A stretch of DNA of 64,000 nt from Candidatus Beckwithbacteria bacterium (lineage in GTDB: Bacteria > Patescibacteriota > Microgenomatia > UBA1400 > UBA1449): assembly GCA_012797845.1 (NCBI GenBank), contig JAAZOH010000004.1, positions 1,658 through 65,657 of the forward strand. Direction: 5' to 3'. Positions 1 through 10,472 of the stretch are shown in pieces. Below the pieces are notes generated by a model. It saw only the letters and a program-made list of their open reading frames with translations. It was not told the DNA's origin and searched no databases. How positions within the stretch are numbered: the first letter of the stretch is position 1; every line of letters starts with the position of its first letter. A program made the translations under genes and the position numbers.

Positions 1-2
1 TT

Positions 3-596
3 GCTAAAGACTCTACTAATTCTCGAGTTTGGGATGAAACTATGCCAGCCTCTACCTATGCTTTTGCTATGGAAAAAGTGGCTATGATTTTTGCGCCAAG
101 TTGGCGAGCTTTTGAGATTCAAGATATCAATCCAAGCTTAGAATTTAAAACTGCTCCAGTTCCACAATTGCCTGGCGGAAAAACTACCTGGGCAACATAT
201 TGGGTAGAAGGAGTTTCTCGAAAAAGTAAAAATCCTACCGAAGCTTGGAAATTTCTAGCTTATCTTTCAAGTGATGAAGTTTTAACTAAGCTCTATACTG
301 CCCAATCAAACGTACGGATGTTTGGCGAACCATATCCAAAACCAAGTCTAGCTGAAACTATTATGACTGGGTCAGTAGCTAAGGCGTTTGTTGATCAAGG
401 TACTAATGCTAGAAGCTGGTATTTATCCTCCCGGACATTTGATAATGGTATTAATGATCGGATTATCAAATATTATGAAGATGCTGTTAATGCGGTTAAT
501 GATGGTCAGCAACCCGCAAAAGTCTTACCTACTCTTGGGCAGGGAGTAGCTCAGGTTTTACAACAATACAACGTTACTACTTCTGCTTCCCAATAA
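3..596 (+). CDS. ABC transporter extracellular solute-binding protein (sugar-type), 5' partial
   Basis: Frame is open back to the window edge (AKDSTNSRVWDETM...). C-terminal motifs KVAMIFAPSW, APVPQLP and SKNPTEAWKFLAYL are typical of family-1 SBPs. Confidence 0.75.
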   Translation, partial: AKDSTNSRVWDETMPASTYAFAMEKVAMIFAPSWRAFEIQDINPSLEFKTAPVPQLPGGKTTWATYWVEGVSRKSKNPTEAWKFLAYLSSDEVLTKLYTAQSNVRMFGEPYPKPSLAETIMTGSVAKAFVDQGTNARSWYLSSRTFDNGINDRIIKYYEDAVNAVNDGQQPAKVLPTLGQGVAQVLQQYNVTTSASQ

Positions 597-639
597 GTTT
601 GATTGTGTTTTTCCTCAAGATGATGTCTAATATTGCCTA

Positions 640-1512
640 ATGGATACTATTACCCAGGCCATTATCAAAACTCTTATATATGCTGATTTGTTTGCATGGC
701 CACTAACAGAATCAGAGCTGTATACCAAGTTGCAATCAAAAAAAATAATCAATAAACCTGCTTTTGCAAAAAAACTCCAAACGGCTCTTAAAAACAAATA
801 CATTAACTTTAGCAAAGGCTTTTATTTTTTACCTAAAAAAAACAAGTTAGTTTCCAAACGATTAACTGCTAAACCAATATATGCCCAAAAACTTGAGAAG
901 GCTCAAAAGTTGAGTCACTTGTTACAATTTTGTCCAGGAGTTTTGGCGATTTGCCTGACTGGCTCGATGGCAGTTGGTAATGTAAAAAAAGATGACGACC
1001 TTGATTTTTTGATTATCACCAAACCTAACCAGCTGTGGCTAGCTCGTTTTCTAGTGCTTGGAATGGCTCAACTTCTAGGAGTGCGGCGAAAACCACATGA
1101 CCATACGGTTACTGACAAATTATGCCTTAATATTTTTCTAGAAGAGGGTTATTTACTGATTCCTCAAAAAATCCAAAATCTATTTACAGCTCACGAGTTA
1201 GTTCAATTACAGGTTCTAGCCGGGCCAGAGTTTTTTTATCAAAAAATTATTTGCAGTAATCCTTGGATCAAGCAGTATTTAGCCAATGCTTTTTATATAT
1301 GTCAAAAAAAGCCTGAAACAGGTAAAACTTATTCATCAAATATCTGGACTTTAATTAATAAAATTAGTTATCAGTTTCAGATGTGGTATATGCGGTCAAA
1401 ACAAACTCGGGAATTGATTAGCTATCACTTTGCCTTTTTCCATCCCCAAGATAAAGCTCTGGAAATCTTAAAACGATTTCAGACTGGAAAAAAACAGTTT
1501 GGCTTGATATAA
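640..1512 (+). CDS. Pol-beta-superfamily nucleotidyltransferase domain protein
   Basis: LTGSMAVG...DDDLDFLII matches the GS...DxD signature. Confidence 0.65.
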   Translation: MDTITQAIIKTLIYADLFAWPLTESELYTKLQSKKIINKPAFAKKLQTALKNKYINFSKGFYFLPKKNKLVSKRLTAKPIYAQKLEKAQKLSHLLQFCPGVLAICLTGSMAVGNVKKDDDLDFLIITKPNQLWLARFLVLGMAQLLGVRRKPHDHTVTDKLCLNIFLEEGYLLIPQKIQNLFTAHELVQLQVLAGPEFFYQKIICSNPWIKQYLANAFYICQKKPETGKTYSSNIWTLINKISYQFQMWYMRSKQTRELISYHFAFFHPQDKALEILKRFQTGKKQFGLI

Positions 1513-1575
1513 TAAGGAAACTATAAACCTGTAACCCTCCTTGATCTACACAAGCGTGCCCATCAAGCAAAATCT

Positions 1576-2103
1576 ATGGGAAGTTTATCTGGGAAAAAGG
1601 TGATTTTCATTTTAGCTCCTGCTAATTTTCGTGATGAAGAATATTTCCAACCTAAAGTAGTGCTTCAATCTCAAGGAGCAGAAGTGCTAACTGTGGCTAA
1701 AGGTGATCCTGAGGAAATGACTGGTACTCAAGGTGGTAAAGCTCGAACCGATGCTAAATTTGCCGATATCAATCCTGAAACAGTTGATGGTCTAATTTTT
1801 GTAGGCGGTGCTGGTGCCAGTACCTATTTCAACTACAAAACAGTTCACAAACAAATCCAAGCCTTTGCTCAAGCTAATAAAATTTTAGGTGCTATTTGTA
1901 TTGCACCTTCTATTTTGGCCAATGCCGATATTTTAAAAGGTAAAAAAGTTACTGCCTCTGAAAGTCAAAAAGAGAACTTGCAAGCCAAGGGAGCAAAATA
2001 CCAAAATCAAGCAGTTGTAGTTGACGACAACATTATTACTGCCAATGGTCCGGAAGCAGCAATTGCATTTGGTGAAGCCTTAGCTAAAGCCTTAGTAGCT
2101 TAA
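1576..2103 (+). CDS. DJ-1/PfpI family protein
   Basis: FRDEEY, FVGGAG, AICIAP (nucleophile Cys) and IITANGP motifs. Confidence 0.9.
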   Translation: MGSLSGKKVIFILAPANFRDEEYFQPKVVLQSQGAEVLTVAKGDPEEMTGTQGGKARTDAKFADINPETVDGLIFVGGAGASTYFNYKTVHKQIQAFAQANKILGAICIAPSILANADILKGKKVTASESQKENLQAKGAKYQNQAVVVDDNIITANGPEAAIAFGEALAKALVA

Positions 2104-2104
2104 T

Positions 2105-2133
2105 TTGACAGGTATGCACTTTTTAGCTAGAGT
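2105..2133 (+). promoter_or_regulatory. sigma70-type promoter, probably leaderless
   Basis: TTGACA(2105-2110)-N17-TAGAGT(2128-2133), 6 nt before the ATG at 2140. Confidence 0.6.
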
Positions 2134-2139
2134 GCTGTC

Positions 2140-2679
2140 ATGGGCCAAATTATTGACTTTTCTCAACTAAATTTACTGTCCAGCACCTTACATAAAAATA
2201 AAAAACGGATTGTTTTAGCTACCGGAGTGTATGATTTACTCCATCCTGGTCATCAACTATTTTTGCAAAAAGCTAAACGTTTAGGAGACATCCTGTTTGT
2301 TGGTTTGGAAAGTGATGCACGGGTTAAACAGCTTAAGGGACCAGGCCGGCCAGTAGAGGATTTGCAGACTCGGCTACAAAAAGTTACCAAACATACAGTA
2401 GCCGATTATGTGTTTTCGTTACCAACTACTTTTGACAAACCCAGAGTTCGGGAAGCATTGATTACAACAATCAAGCCCAATTTTTTAGCTGTTTCAGACC
2501 ACACTCCATTTCAAAAACAAAAACAGGTAATACTGAAAAAATATGGTGGTACAATGCAAATAGTTGCAAAGCAAATTCCTGGTTTCTCAACCACTGCTCA
2601 AATTAGCAGTAAGCAGCGAATACCGCTACTTGACAAGGGTGAAGAGATTAGTAAAATAGCACTCGGAAGTAAAGACTGA
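2140..2679 (+). CDS. cytidylyl/adenylyltransferase (HIGH-motif, RfaE-II/TagD-like)
   Basis: TGVYDLLHPGH, VGLESD..VKQLKGPGRPV and FSTT motifs. Confidence 0.85.
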   Translation: MGQIIDFSQLNLLSSTLHKNKKRIVLATGVYDLLHPGHQLFLQKAKRLGDILFVGLESDARVKQLKGPGRPVEDLQTRLQKVTKHTVADYVFSLPTTFDKPRVREALITTIKPNFLAVSDHTPFQKQKQVILKKYGGTMQIVAKQIPGFSTTAQISSKQRIPLLDKGEEISKIALGSKD

Positions 2680-2682
2680 TAG
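2630..2682 (+). promoter_or_regulatory. groESL promoter with CIRCE (HrcA operator)
   Basis: TTGACA(2630)-N16-TAAAAT(2652), overlapped by ATAGCACTC-N9-GACTGATAG (2656-2682) versus CIRCE TTAGCACTC-N9-GAGTGCTAA. hrcA is present in the window. Confidence 0.75.
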
Positions 2683-2732
2683 TTTTCATTTGTTAGTTTT
2701 ATTAACAAATTTATTTGAAAGGAGGTCGCACT

Positions 2733-3020
2733 ATGGCAACGCCAAAATTGCAACCTACAGCCGGGTATATCCTACTCGAACCTCAGGAAGCTACTAAAAA
2801 AACCGCTTCCGGTATTTATTTACCAGATTCTCACGACGAAAAACCTCAGCAGGCTAAAGTTTTAGCAGTTGGTCCTGAGACCAAAAAAGCTAAAGCTCCT
2901 GTTAAAGTTGGTGATATGGTAATTTACAAAAAATGGGGCGGAGATGAAATCAAGCTTAGTTTGACTGACAAAGAGTTAGTTTTTGTCAAATTTGAAGACG
3001 TTTTAGCAATTGTTAAATAA
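2733..3020 (+). CDS. groES: co-chaperonin GroES
   Basis: KLQP..YILLEP, KTASGIYLPD, VKVGDMVIY and EDVLAIV motifs. SD AAGGAGGT precedes the ATG at 2733. Confidence 0.97.
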   Translation: MATPKLQPTAGYILLEPQEATKKTASGIYLPDSHDEKPQQAKVLAVGPETKKAKAPVKVGDMVIYKKWGGDEIKLSLTDKELVFVKFEDVLAIVK

Positions 3021-3067
3021 ATTATAAAATTTGAGATCTAAATTCTAAGGTATGTAGAATTTAGTAA

Positions 3068-4747
<1,680 letters not shown>

Positions 4748-4767
4748 AGCTTTAGAAGCAATAAAAG

Positions 4768-4795
4768 AAAAAGCCCCGAGCAATCGGGGCTTTTT
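4768..4795 (+). terminator. rho-independent (bidirectional-type) terminator after groEL
   Basis: AAAAAGCCCCGA-GCAA-TCGGGGCTTTTT. Confidence 0.9.
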
Positions 4796-4861
4796 GTGAT
4801 TTACATTAGGAAAGATAGTATGTTATTTTAAAATAATATATTATTATAAGATTTTATAAAA

Positions 4862-5935
4862 ATGTCTATAGCTGAGAGATTATCTCCACCTATTCAAGTT
4901 GGAGACAGGACTATTGCAGAAGAAGAAATGATCGAAAGAGCAAAATTAGATCAGGGGATACTAGAATGGGTAACTGGATTATATCGAAGTGGAGAGTCAT
5001 TAGAAAATATGTATGCTTTGGGGTTAGATAGAACAGAGTATACAGTATCTCTTTGTGCTACGAATGAACAAGGATATATTATTCCTTTTAGACAAAATGA
5101 TGATTCTATCGAGTCCTCAACTATAAAAGCGCGGCTAGAAATTGCTGAAAGAGGCAAACCTGTTACGATTGCAATTGGAATAAATAATGGGCAAGTAACA
5201 GTTTTAAATCCTGAAACACGTAAGCCAGATAGCTATACGGCGGTCTTTGCCGGTCAACACAATAAGGTAGTTGGGCAAACACTTGAACTAGCTGGTAATA
5301 CTTATACTCGAGAAAAAATTTTACAATTTATTGATCTTAGTGATGGTTTAGTTTGTCCGAATACTCAAGTTAAAGAATTAGAACCTATAGTTGACCACAA
5401 CCTTTTAGAGGTTGATGGTTTCGTAAGAAGAAGTGAAGCCTTAAGAGAACTCAATGAATCACATCCTTTATTAATACAGTTTTTAGTTGGTAGAATTGTT
5501 AGTTATTTACAACAAAATAATATACAAGGAGAGGCACTTGCCAATAAACCCATATTTGAGCTATTGAGTATTCTTCCGCCTGAAGCAATAATTCCTCATT
5601 TCAGATGTGGATATAGATTACCTCAAAAAAAAGTTCAAAACTGGATTGAAAATCTGACCTCTAGGATTAATGATGATCTTGGACAGATAGAGAAGCGTAA
5701 TAAAGTTAGAGCTTTATTGGGCACTTTAAATATTTTGGTTGCTTCTATGGTTATTACGAATGCTTGTAGAATTACGAATTTTCCTTTAGAACTATCTAGC
5801 GCAGCTTCAGTGACTTCAGCAGCTACACTTTACTTTTTGATGCTAGAGTCAAGATCTCAAAATTCCTTGGAAACAACAAGAAACTATTGTGAACAAATGC
5901 AGAGAATTATTGACCAATTAAAAAGTTTTCAATAA
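4862..5935 (+). CDS. hypothetical protein with C-terminal hydrophobic helices
   Basis: 357-aa ORF with no recognised motif and two hydrophobic segments near the C-terminus. Confidence 0.6.
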   Translation: MSIAERLSPPIQVGDRTIAEEEMIERAKLDQGILEWVTGLYRSGESLENMYALGLDRTEYTVSLCATNEQGYIIPFRQNDDSIESSTIKARLEIAERGKPVTIAIGINNGQVTVLNPETRKPDSYTAVFAGQHNKVVGQTLELAGNTYTREKILQFIDLSDGLVCPNTQVKELEPIVDHNLLEVDGFVRRSEALRELNESHPLLIQFLVGRIVSYLQQNNIQGEALANKPIFELLSILPPEAIIPHFRCGYRLPQKKVQNWIENLTSRINDDLGQIEKRNKVRALLGTLNILVASMVITNACRITNFPLELSSAASVTSAATLYFLMLESRSQNSLETTRNYCEQMQRIIDQLKSFQ

Positions 5936-5947
5936 TTAATGATATCT

Positions 5948-6778
5948 TTAATTTTCCAGCTCCACCGACTTAATCTCAGCAGAAAACGTAGCCATTTTTT
6001 CAACCAATTCCTGATCAATAGAATTATCAGTAGCAATCAAAACAGCATCATCAGTAGGAGTTGATAAAGAAATATAGCTGGTTTCAAACCCGTCAGGTAA
6101 AACAGTCAGTGGATCAATAACTACTCCATTTTGGTATACCTCAAAGTGAAGATGAGGTCCAGTACTCCAACCAGTAGAACCAACGTGACCTAAGACTGTA
6201 TCTTTATCTACTTCTTGTCCAATAGCAATATCAATATTTTGCAAATGAGCATATCGAGATTCAATGCCATTCTCGTGCTTGACTAAAACACTCAAGCCAT
6301 AGCCAAAAGCAGTATTTTCAATTGAAACTATCTTGCCTGAAGCAATTGGGTGAACTAGGTAGTTATTATTTCCGGCAATATCAATACCAGGGTGATACCA
6401 GGTAAAACTTTGAGAAATATAGCCGGCAACAGGTTGGCGAAATACTGTTTCGGTTTTTACTGGCTCTTCCTGTATCGTAATTTTAGTAAGCTCTGGTTTT
6501 CCGCTATCTGATTCTTGAGCAAAAATTGAGCCTTGTAAAATTGAAGCCAGGACAATAAAAATTGCCAGATTAATACCAATAATCTGCTTGGCTCTCTTAG
6601 CTTCAAATAGTTTTCTAAAAAACTTTGAAATAGGATGGCCAAGACGGCTATCTAAAGGAAAGATTGTCCTCCACAGTAAATACGGCATAGCTAGTAATAA
6701 AGCTATGATTTGATTGACTATGAAAAAAAGGACATTAAAGACTGTTTCAGAAAAAGACTGTTTAACAGATCGTTTCAT
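5948..6778 (-). CDS. M23 family metallopeptidase (membrane-anchored)
   Basis: HPGIDI (HxxxD), RYAHL and GSTGWSTGPHLHFE (HxH) motifs, with N-terminal TM segments. Confidence 0.92.
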   Translation of the reverse strand: MKRSVKQSFSETVFNVLFFIVNQIIALLLAMPYLLWRTIFPLDSRLGHPISKFFRKLFEAKRAKQIIGINLAIFIVLASILQGSIFAQESDSGKPELTKITIQEEPVKTETVFRQPVAGYISQSFTWYHPGIDIAGNNNYLVHPIASGKIVSIENTAFGYGLSVLVKHENGIESRYAHLQNIDIAIGQEVDKDTVLGHVGSTGWSTGPHLHFEVYQNGVVIDPLTVLPDGFETSYISLSTPTDDAVLIATDNSIDQELVEKMATFSAEIKSVELEN

Positions 6779-6945
6779 GATGCAGCTTTTAAGCTGCCAA
6801 AGTAGAGTTTTTACTAAGCTATCACCTTTGTGGTGAGGAGAAGCTAAGCAAATTTAGATTTAAATTTGACAACTTCCCTTGTCGTTTTTATCCGACTTGA
6901 CTTAGTAAAAAACAAAATCTTTCCAAGTGTGGAAAGAATTGCAGA

Positions 6946-6974
6946 ATTTTAGCATATTTAATATGCAAAGTCAA
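6946..6974 (-). promoter_or_regulatory. sigma70 promoter for the M23 peptidase leader with a palindromic spacer
   Basis: Minus strand TTGACT-N17-TAAAAT. The spacer contains the palindrome GCATATT-A-AATATGC (6952-6966). Confidence 0.6.
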
Positions 6975-7016
6975 GTAGTTATAGGGATATTCTGGGAAGT
7001 TTTAAGGCTAAAAATA

Positions 7017-7090
7017 TGGAGGCCTGGAGGGGAATCGAACCCCTGTACGCGGTTTTGCAGACCGCTACGTAACCACTCCGTCACCAGGCC
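7017..7090 (-). tRNA. tRNA-Cys(GCA)
   Basis: Reverse complement GGCCTGGTGACGGAGTGGTTACGTAGCGGTCTGCAAAACCGCGTACAGGGGTTCGATTCCCCTCCAGGCCTCCA folds as a cloverleaf with anticodon GCA, a TTCG T-loop and encoded CCA. Confidence 0.97.
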
Positions 7091-7169
7091 TTTTTTGAAA
7101 CTTCTTTATTTTATCATGACAGACTGTTTTTTTAGACGTAATTTATGTCAGTTGTGGTATGATTAAAAT

Positions 7170-8084
7170 ATGAAACTTTGGCCCAAAGGATTACTTATTG
7201 TTTTGACTGCTTTTCTCTTATCTTCCTGCTCTATTCCTTTTATTGGTGATGGTAAAAAAGCGGCTTTATCAGTTAATACTACCCCAAAAGCCAGCATTTT
7301 TCTTGACGGCAATCATATTGGTTCAACCCCATTTTATGAGGAAAATCTAAAGCCTGGAGAATACACCATTAAACTTGTACCAGAGGATGGAGTTGGAACA
7401 GCCTGGGAAAAACGAATTACCTTAGCTAAAGGCATTTTGACTGTGGTGTCTCGAGAAATGGGAGAAACCCAAGAACTTTCCAGTGGTTATGATCTTTCAC
7501 TGGAAGCAGATCAAAAAGACAAAACAACCATGTCGGTAGTAACTACGCCAGAGGGAGCAATTATAGCTATTGATGGAGAGCCAATTGGTTTTGCTCCTCA
7601 GACTGTAGAAGATTTATCTGCTGGTGATCACACTATCCTAATTTCCTCGCCCGGATATGTTGAGAAAAGCTTCAAAGCTCAGCTTATTGAAGGATATAAA
7701 CTAATTGCCAGTGTCCAACTGGCTAAATCTGATGAACCAGTAGCTCAGGAAGATACAAATTCAGACAAAACAACAGGTACTGCTGACGAAGAGACTAAAC
7801 AGGAAGAAGATAAAGCATTAGATGCTAATTTAGATGAAGAAACAGAGGAAACAGAAAAAGTTGGAGCTAATTTAAAACGACCTTATGTGACTATCAATGA
7901 AACTCCTACGGGCTGGCTTAATGTTCGTAAAGGCCCTAGTACCTCTGATGAACTTATTACTAAAGTTAATCCTGGCGATTCATACAAATATCTAGAAGCT
8001 AATGATACAGGTTGGTATAAAATTGAGCTGGAAGATGGTCAAGAAGCCTGGCTTTCCTCTAAATACGTGACTTTATACGAGTAA
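7170..8084 (+). CDS. lipoprotein with two PEGA domains, acidic linker and C-terminal bacterial SH3 domain
   Basis: Lipobox LLSSC. PEGA repeats (TTPKASIFLDG..IGSTP and TTPEGAIIAIDG..IG.AP). SH3b motif WLNVRKGPST...GWYKI...W.SSKYV. Confidence 0.8.
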   Translation: MKLWPKGLLIVLTAFLLSSCSIPFIGDGKKAALSVNTTPKASIFLDGNHIGSTPFYEENLKPGEYTIKLVPEDGVGTAWEKRITLAKGILTVVSREMGETQELSSGYDLSLEADQKDKTTMSVVTTPEGAIIAIDGEPIGFAPQTVEDLSAGDHTILISSPGYVEKSFKAQLIEGYKLIASVQLAKSDEPVAQEDTNSDKTTGTADEETKQEEDKALDANLDEETEETEKVGANLKRPYVTINETPTGWLNVRKGPSTSDELITKVNPGDSYKYLEANDTGWYKIELEDGQEAWLSSKYVTLYE

Positions 8085-8087
8085 GTT

Positions 8088-9020
8088 TTAGGCTATTCCG
8101 TAGATAATAATTATCAGTAAAATTACCCAGATTCCTACAGTTAAAATTAGTGGCCAATCGTTAAGTAGTACCTCCTCAGGTGATTCCCCTTTATCTTGAT
8201 CATAAATCAGTTGTAAATAACGCATAACCCCATAAATTACTAGAGGAATGGTGAGCATGAGCAATTTTTGGTTGACAAAGGCTCGAGGTAGATCAGCCAT
8301 AAGCGTCAGGACATTGCCTTGAGTAATAAATACCTGCTGCTGAAACGTAAATAAGGCATAGGTTAACCACGTAGTATTGGCAAACATAGAAGTATAAATA
8401 CCAAGTAAATTCTCTGGGTAATGAGATAAAACCTGACGCTGAGCTTTAAGTGATTTTGAGCGAAGTAAGGTTTTTTCAGACCGTCTTTTGCCTATAGCTA
8501 AAAATAGGGAAAAGGAGACCACGCAGAGCAGTAACCAGACATTGATATGGGCATCTATGGCAACAGCACCAGCATATACTCTTAAGATGAAGCCGCTAGC
8601 AATAGCCATGACATCTAAGATCGGGATGTGTTTAAGCCAGAGGGTATAAGCAAAGTGCAGCAAGACATACAAAAAGCTTAAAAAGAAAAAGAAAAAAGAA
8701 ATTTGTAAAGCTAGCCACATACTGATAGTGAAAAGCAAAATAGCAATAAATAAAGCAGTGGGAATTGGAACTTTTCCAGAGGCAATAGGTCGATTTTTTT
8801 TCAGAGGATGAAGCCTATCAGAGGGAGCATCAATAATATCATTGAAAATGTAAACTGAAGAAGTAATCAGGCAAAAAACAGCTGTAGCCTGCAGGACTGT
8901 CAAAAATTTATCAGGAATAAACAACCAGCCCGTAAATACCAAGCCAGTAAATAGGCTTACATTTTTGAGCCATTGTCTGGGGCGGGCCGATTTGATGATG
9001 CCAAAAACTGCTTGATCCAT
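8088..9020 (-). CDS. UbiA family prenyltransferase (decaprenyl-phosphate phosphoribosyltransferase-like)
   Basis: RPRQWLKN, NDIID..SDRLHP.K..RPIASG and KRRSE motifs. Confidence 0.9.
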   Translation of the reverse strand: MDQAVFGIIKSARPRQWLKNVSLFTGLVFTGWLFIPDKFLTVLQATAVFCLITSSVYIFNDIIDAPSDRLHPLKKNRPIASGKVPIPTALFIAILLFTISMWLALQISFFFFFLSFLYVLLHFAYTLWLKHIPILDVMAIASGFILRVYAGAVAIDAHINVWLLLCVVSFSLFLAIGKRRSEKTLLRSKSLKAQRQVLSHYPENLLGIYTSMFANTTWLTYALFTFQQQVFITQGNVLTLMADLPRAFVNQKLLMLTIPLVIYGVMRYLQLIYDQDKGESPEEVLLNDWPLILTVGIWVILLIIIIYGIA

Positions 9021-10048
9021 AGAAGAAAAATTCCAAAACCAATAATCAGTATCATGATTGTATAGAATTTTTGCTGGCTATTCAATCTAAGGGCGATAAA
9101 CCCTAGGATAGCCGTAATTACCCAGTAAAAAACTGCCACTCGTTGCTTGCTCCAGCCTAATTTTAACAAAGTATGATGAAGGTGTCTGGTATCACCCCAG
9201 ATAGGTGATTTGCCAGCAGCTATTCGTCTGATAATGACAAACACCGCATCAATAATCGGAATACCTAAAACTACCAGTAAAGTACCAACTTTAGTAGTTG
9301 ATAATATGGCTAGAGTGGCCAGGAAATAGCCTGCTAGTGAACCAGCTCCATAGCCCGGTAGAATTTTTTGGGGAAAAAAATTCCAAGGCAAAAACCCCAA
9401 ATAAGCTCCCGCTACAACAAGAGCTAAAATGCCAGTTGTCCATTGAGTAATATCAGCTGAAAATGTCTGCGATAAAAGTGCAATAGTAATAGCAGCAATG
9501 GCTACGGTGCCAGGTAGTTGCCCATCTAAACCCTTTGACCAGTTGACAAAATTCATCAATCCCACAATCCAAAACAGAGCAAATAGATCAGCTAAGACCC
9601 AAATAGTTCGTAACTTACCAAATAGATATAAAGGGATTTGAGGTTGGTTCAAATAGATCAGAGATGCTCCAAAAGGATTAGTCAGAAAAGGAATGCCAAT
9701 GCCGGCGGCCACTACACAGGCAGCTGCTAAAAACCCTATGCCAATTCGTAATGTAGGATTTAAGTCAAAAATATCATCCAGAATACCAGTAATAGTCAGT
9801 ATTAAGCCTCCCAGTAAAATGCCTATAACATGTTTATCTAAAGGCAAAAATAATAAGGTAGCTAGTAAAATAGCTCCAAAGATAGCTAAGCCTCCTCCTC
9901 GAGGCAAAGGTTTAGTATGGATATGTTTAGGATGGGTTTTTCCAGCTGGATTATCAAGCCAGTTTTGACGGTGATAAAACCAAATTACCAAAGGAGTTAA
10001 ACCAAGACCTAAGATTAAACTAACGATAAAAGGCCAAAAAGATAACAT
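8957..10048 (-). CDS. MraY/WecA/TagO family polyprenyl-phosphate GlcNAc-1-P transferase
   Basis: PRGGG, GILDD, N..N...GLDG, WNF.P.KI..G..GS and D.RHLHH motifs, multi-TM. Confidence 0.9.
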   Translation of the reverse strand: MLSFWPFIVSLILGLGLTPLVIWFYHRQNWLDNPAGKTHPKHIHTKPLPRGGGLAIFGAILLATLLFLPLDKHVIGILLGGLILTITGILDDIFDLNPTLRIGIGFLAAACVVAAGIGIPFLTNPFGASLIYLNQPQIPLYLFGKLRTIWVLADLFALFWIVGLMNFVNWSKGLDGQLPGTVAIAAITIALLSQTFSADITQWTTGILALVVAGAYLGFLPWNFFPQKILPGYGAGSLAGYFLATLAILSTTKVGTLLVVLGIPIIDAVFVIIRRIAAGKSPIWGDTRHLHHTLLKLGWSKQRVAVFYWVITAILGFIALRLNSQQKFYTIMILIIGFGIFLLWIKQFLASSNRPAPDNGSKM

Positions 10049-10051
10049 AGT

Positions 10052-10450
10052 TTAGGCAAGAATCAGAACGATTCTAATAACACTAATGGTTGAAAATAAA
10101 GTAATAATCAGTTGGGCCCAGAGCAAAATCTGTGGTAATAATGGGTCTTTGCGAATAAACATGCTGGCTAACCGGCTATTAATAATAAAAAACAGAGTGG
10201 CTAAGCCAGGAGACAGAGCCAGCCAAAGTTTAGGAATTAACTGTTCTTCTCCCCAAGGTTTACTAAAAAGTAACGGGATCTGAGGAGGAAGATATTGCAG
10301 ACTTAAGCCAAAAACTAGCCAGGAAATACCAAGTAACAAAATAATTAAACGAATGAAAGCTAAAGATTGAGGATGTTTCAGTAGACTATCAAATTCTGCT
10401 TGAGCAGTTTTGATTGAAGCATTATTTGATCTAAGAGTAAGTGGTTTCAT
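10052..10450 (-). CDS. small membrane protein (DUF1648-like)
   Basis: LPPQIPL.FS.PWG motif and 3 TM helices. Start reassigned to the ATG at 10450. Confidence 0.6.
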   Translation of the reverse strand: MKPLTLRSNNASIKTAQAEFDSLLKHPQSLAFIRLIILLLGISWLVFGLSLQYLPPQIPLLFSKPWGEEQLIPKLWLALSPGLATLFFIINSRLASMFIRKDPLLPQILLWAQLIITLFSTISVIRIVLILA

Positions 10451-10472
10451 GGCTAATTTATTGTAGCAAAAG

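Noticed and set aside
640-1512. MNT-HEPN toxin-antitoxin or CBASS cyclase
   Set aside because: There is no HEPN partner or effector gene adjacent, and the context is housekeeping.
2113-2139. CIRCE-like GCACT...AGTGC upstream of the cytidylyltransferase
   Set aside because: Spacing is one base short of CIRCE and the outer bases mismatch. It is better explained as a promoter.
6927-7166. 79-aa ORF from the ORF track
   Set aside because: It is antisense to tRNA-Cys and overlaps promoters.
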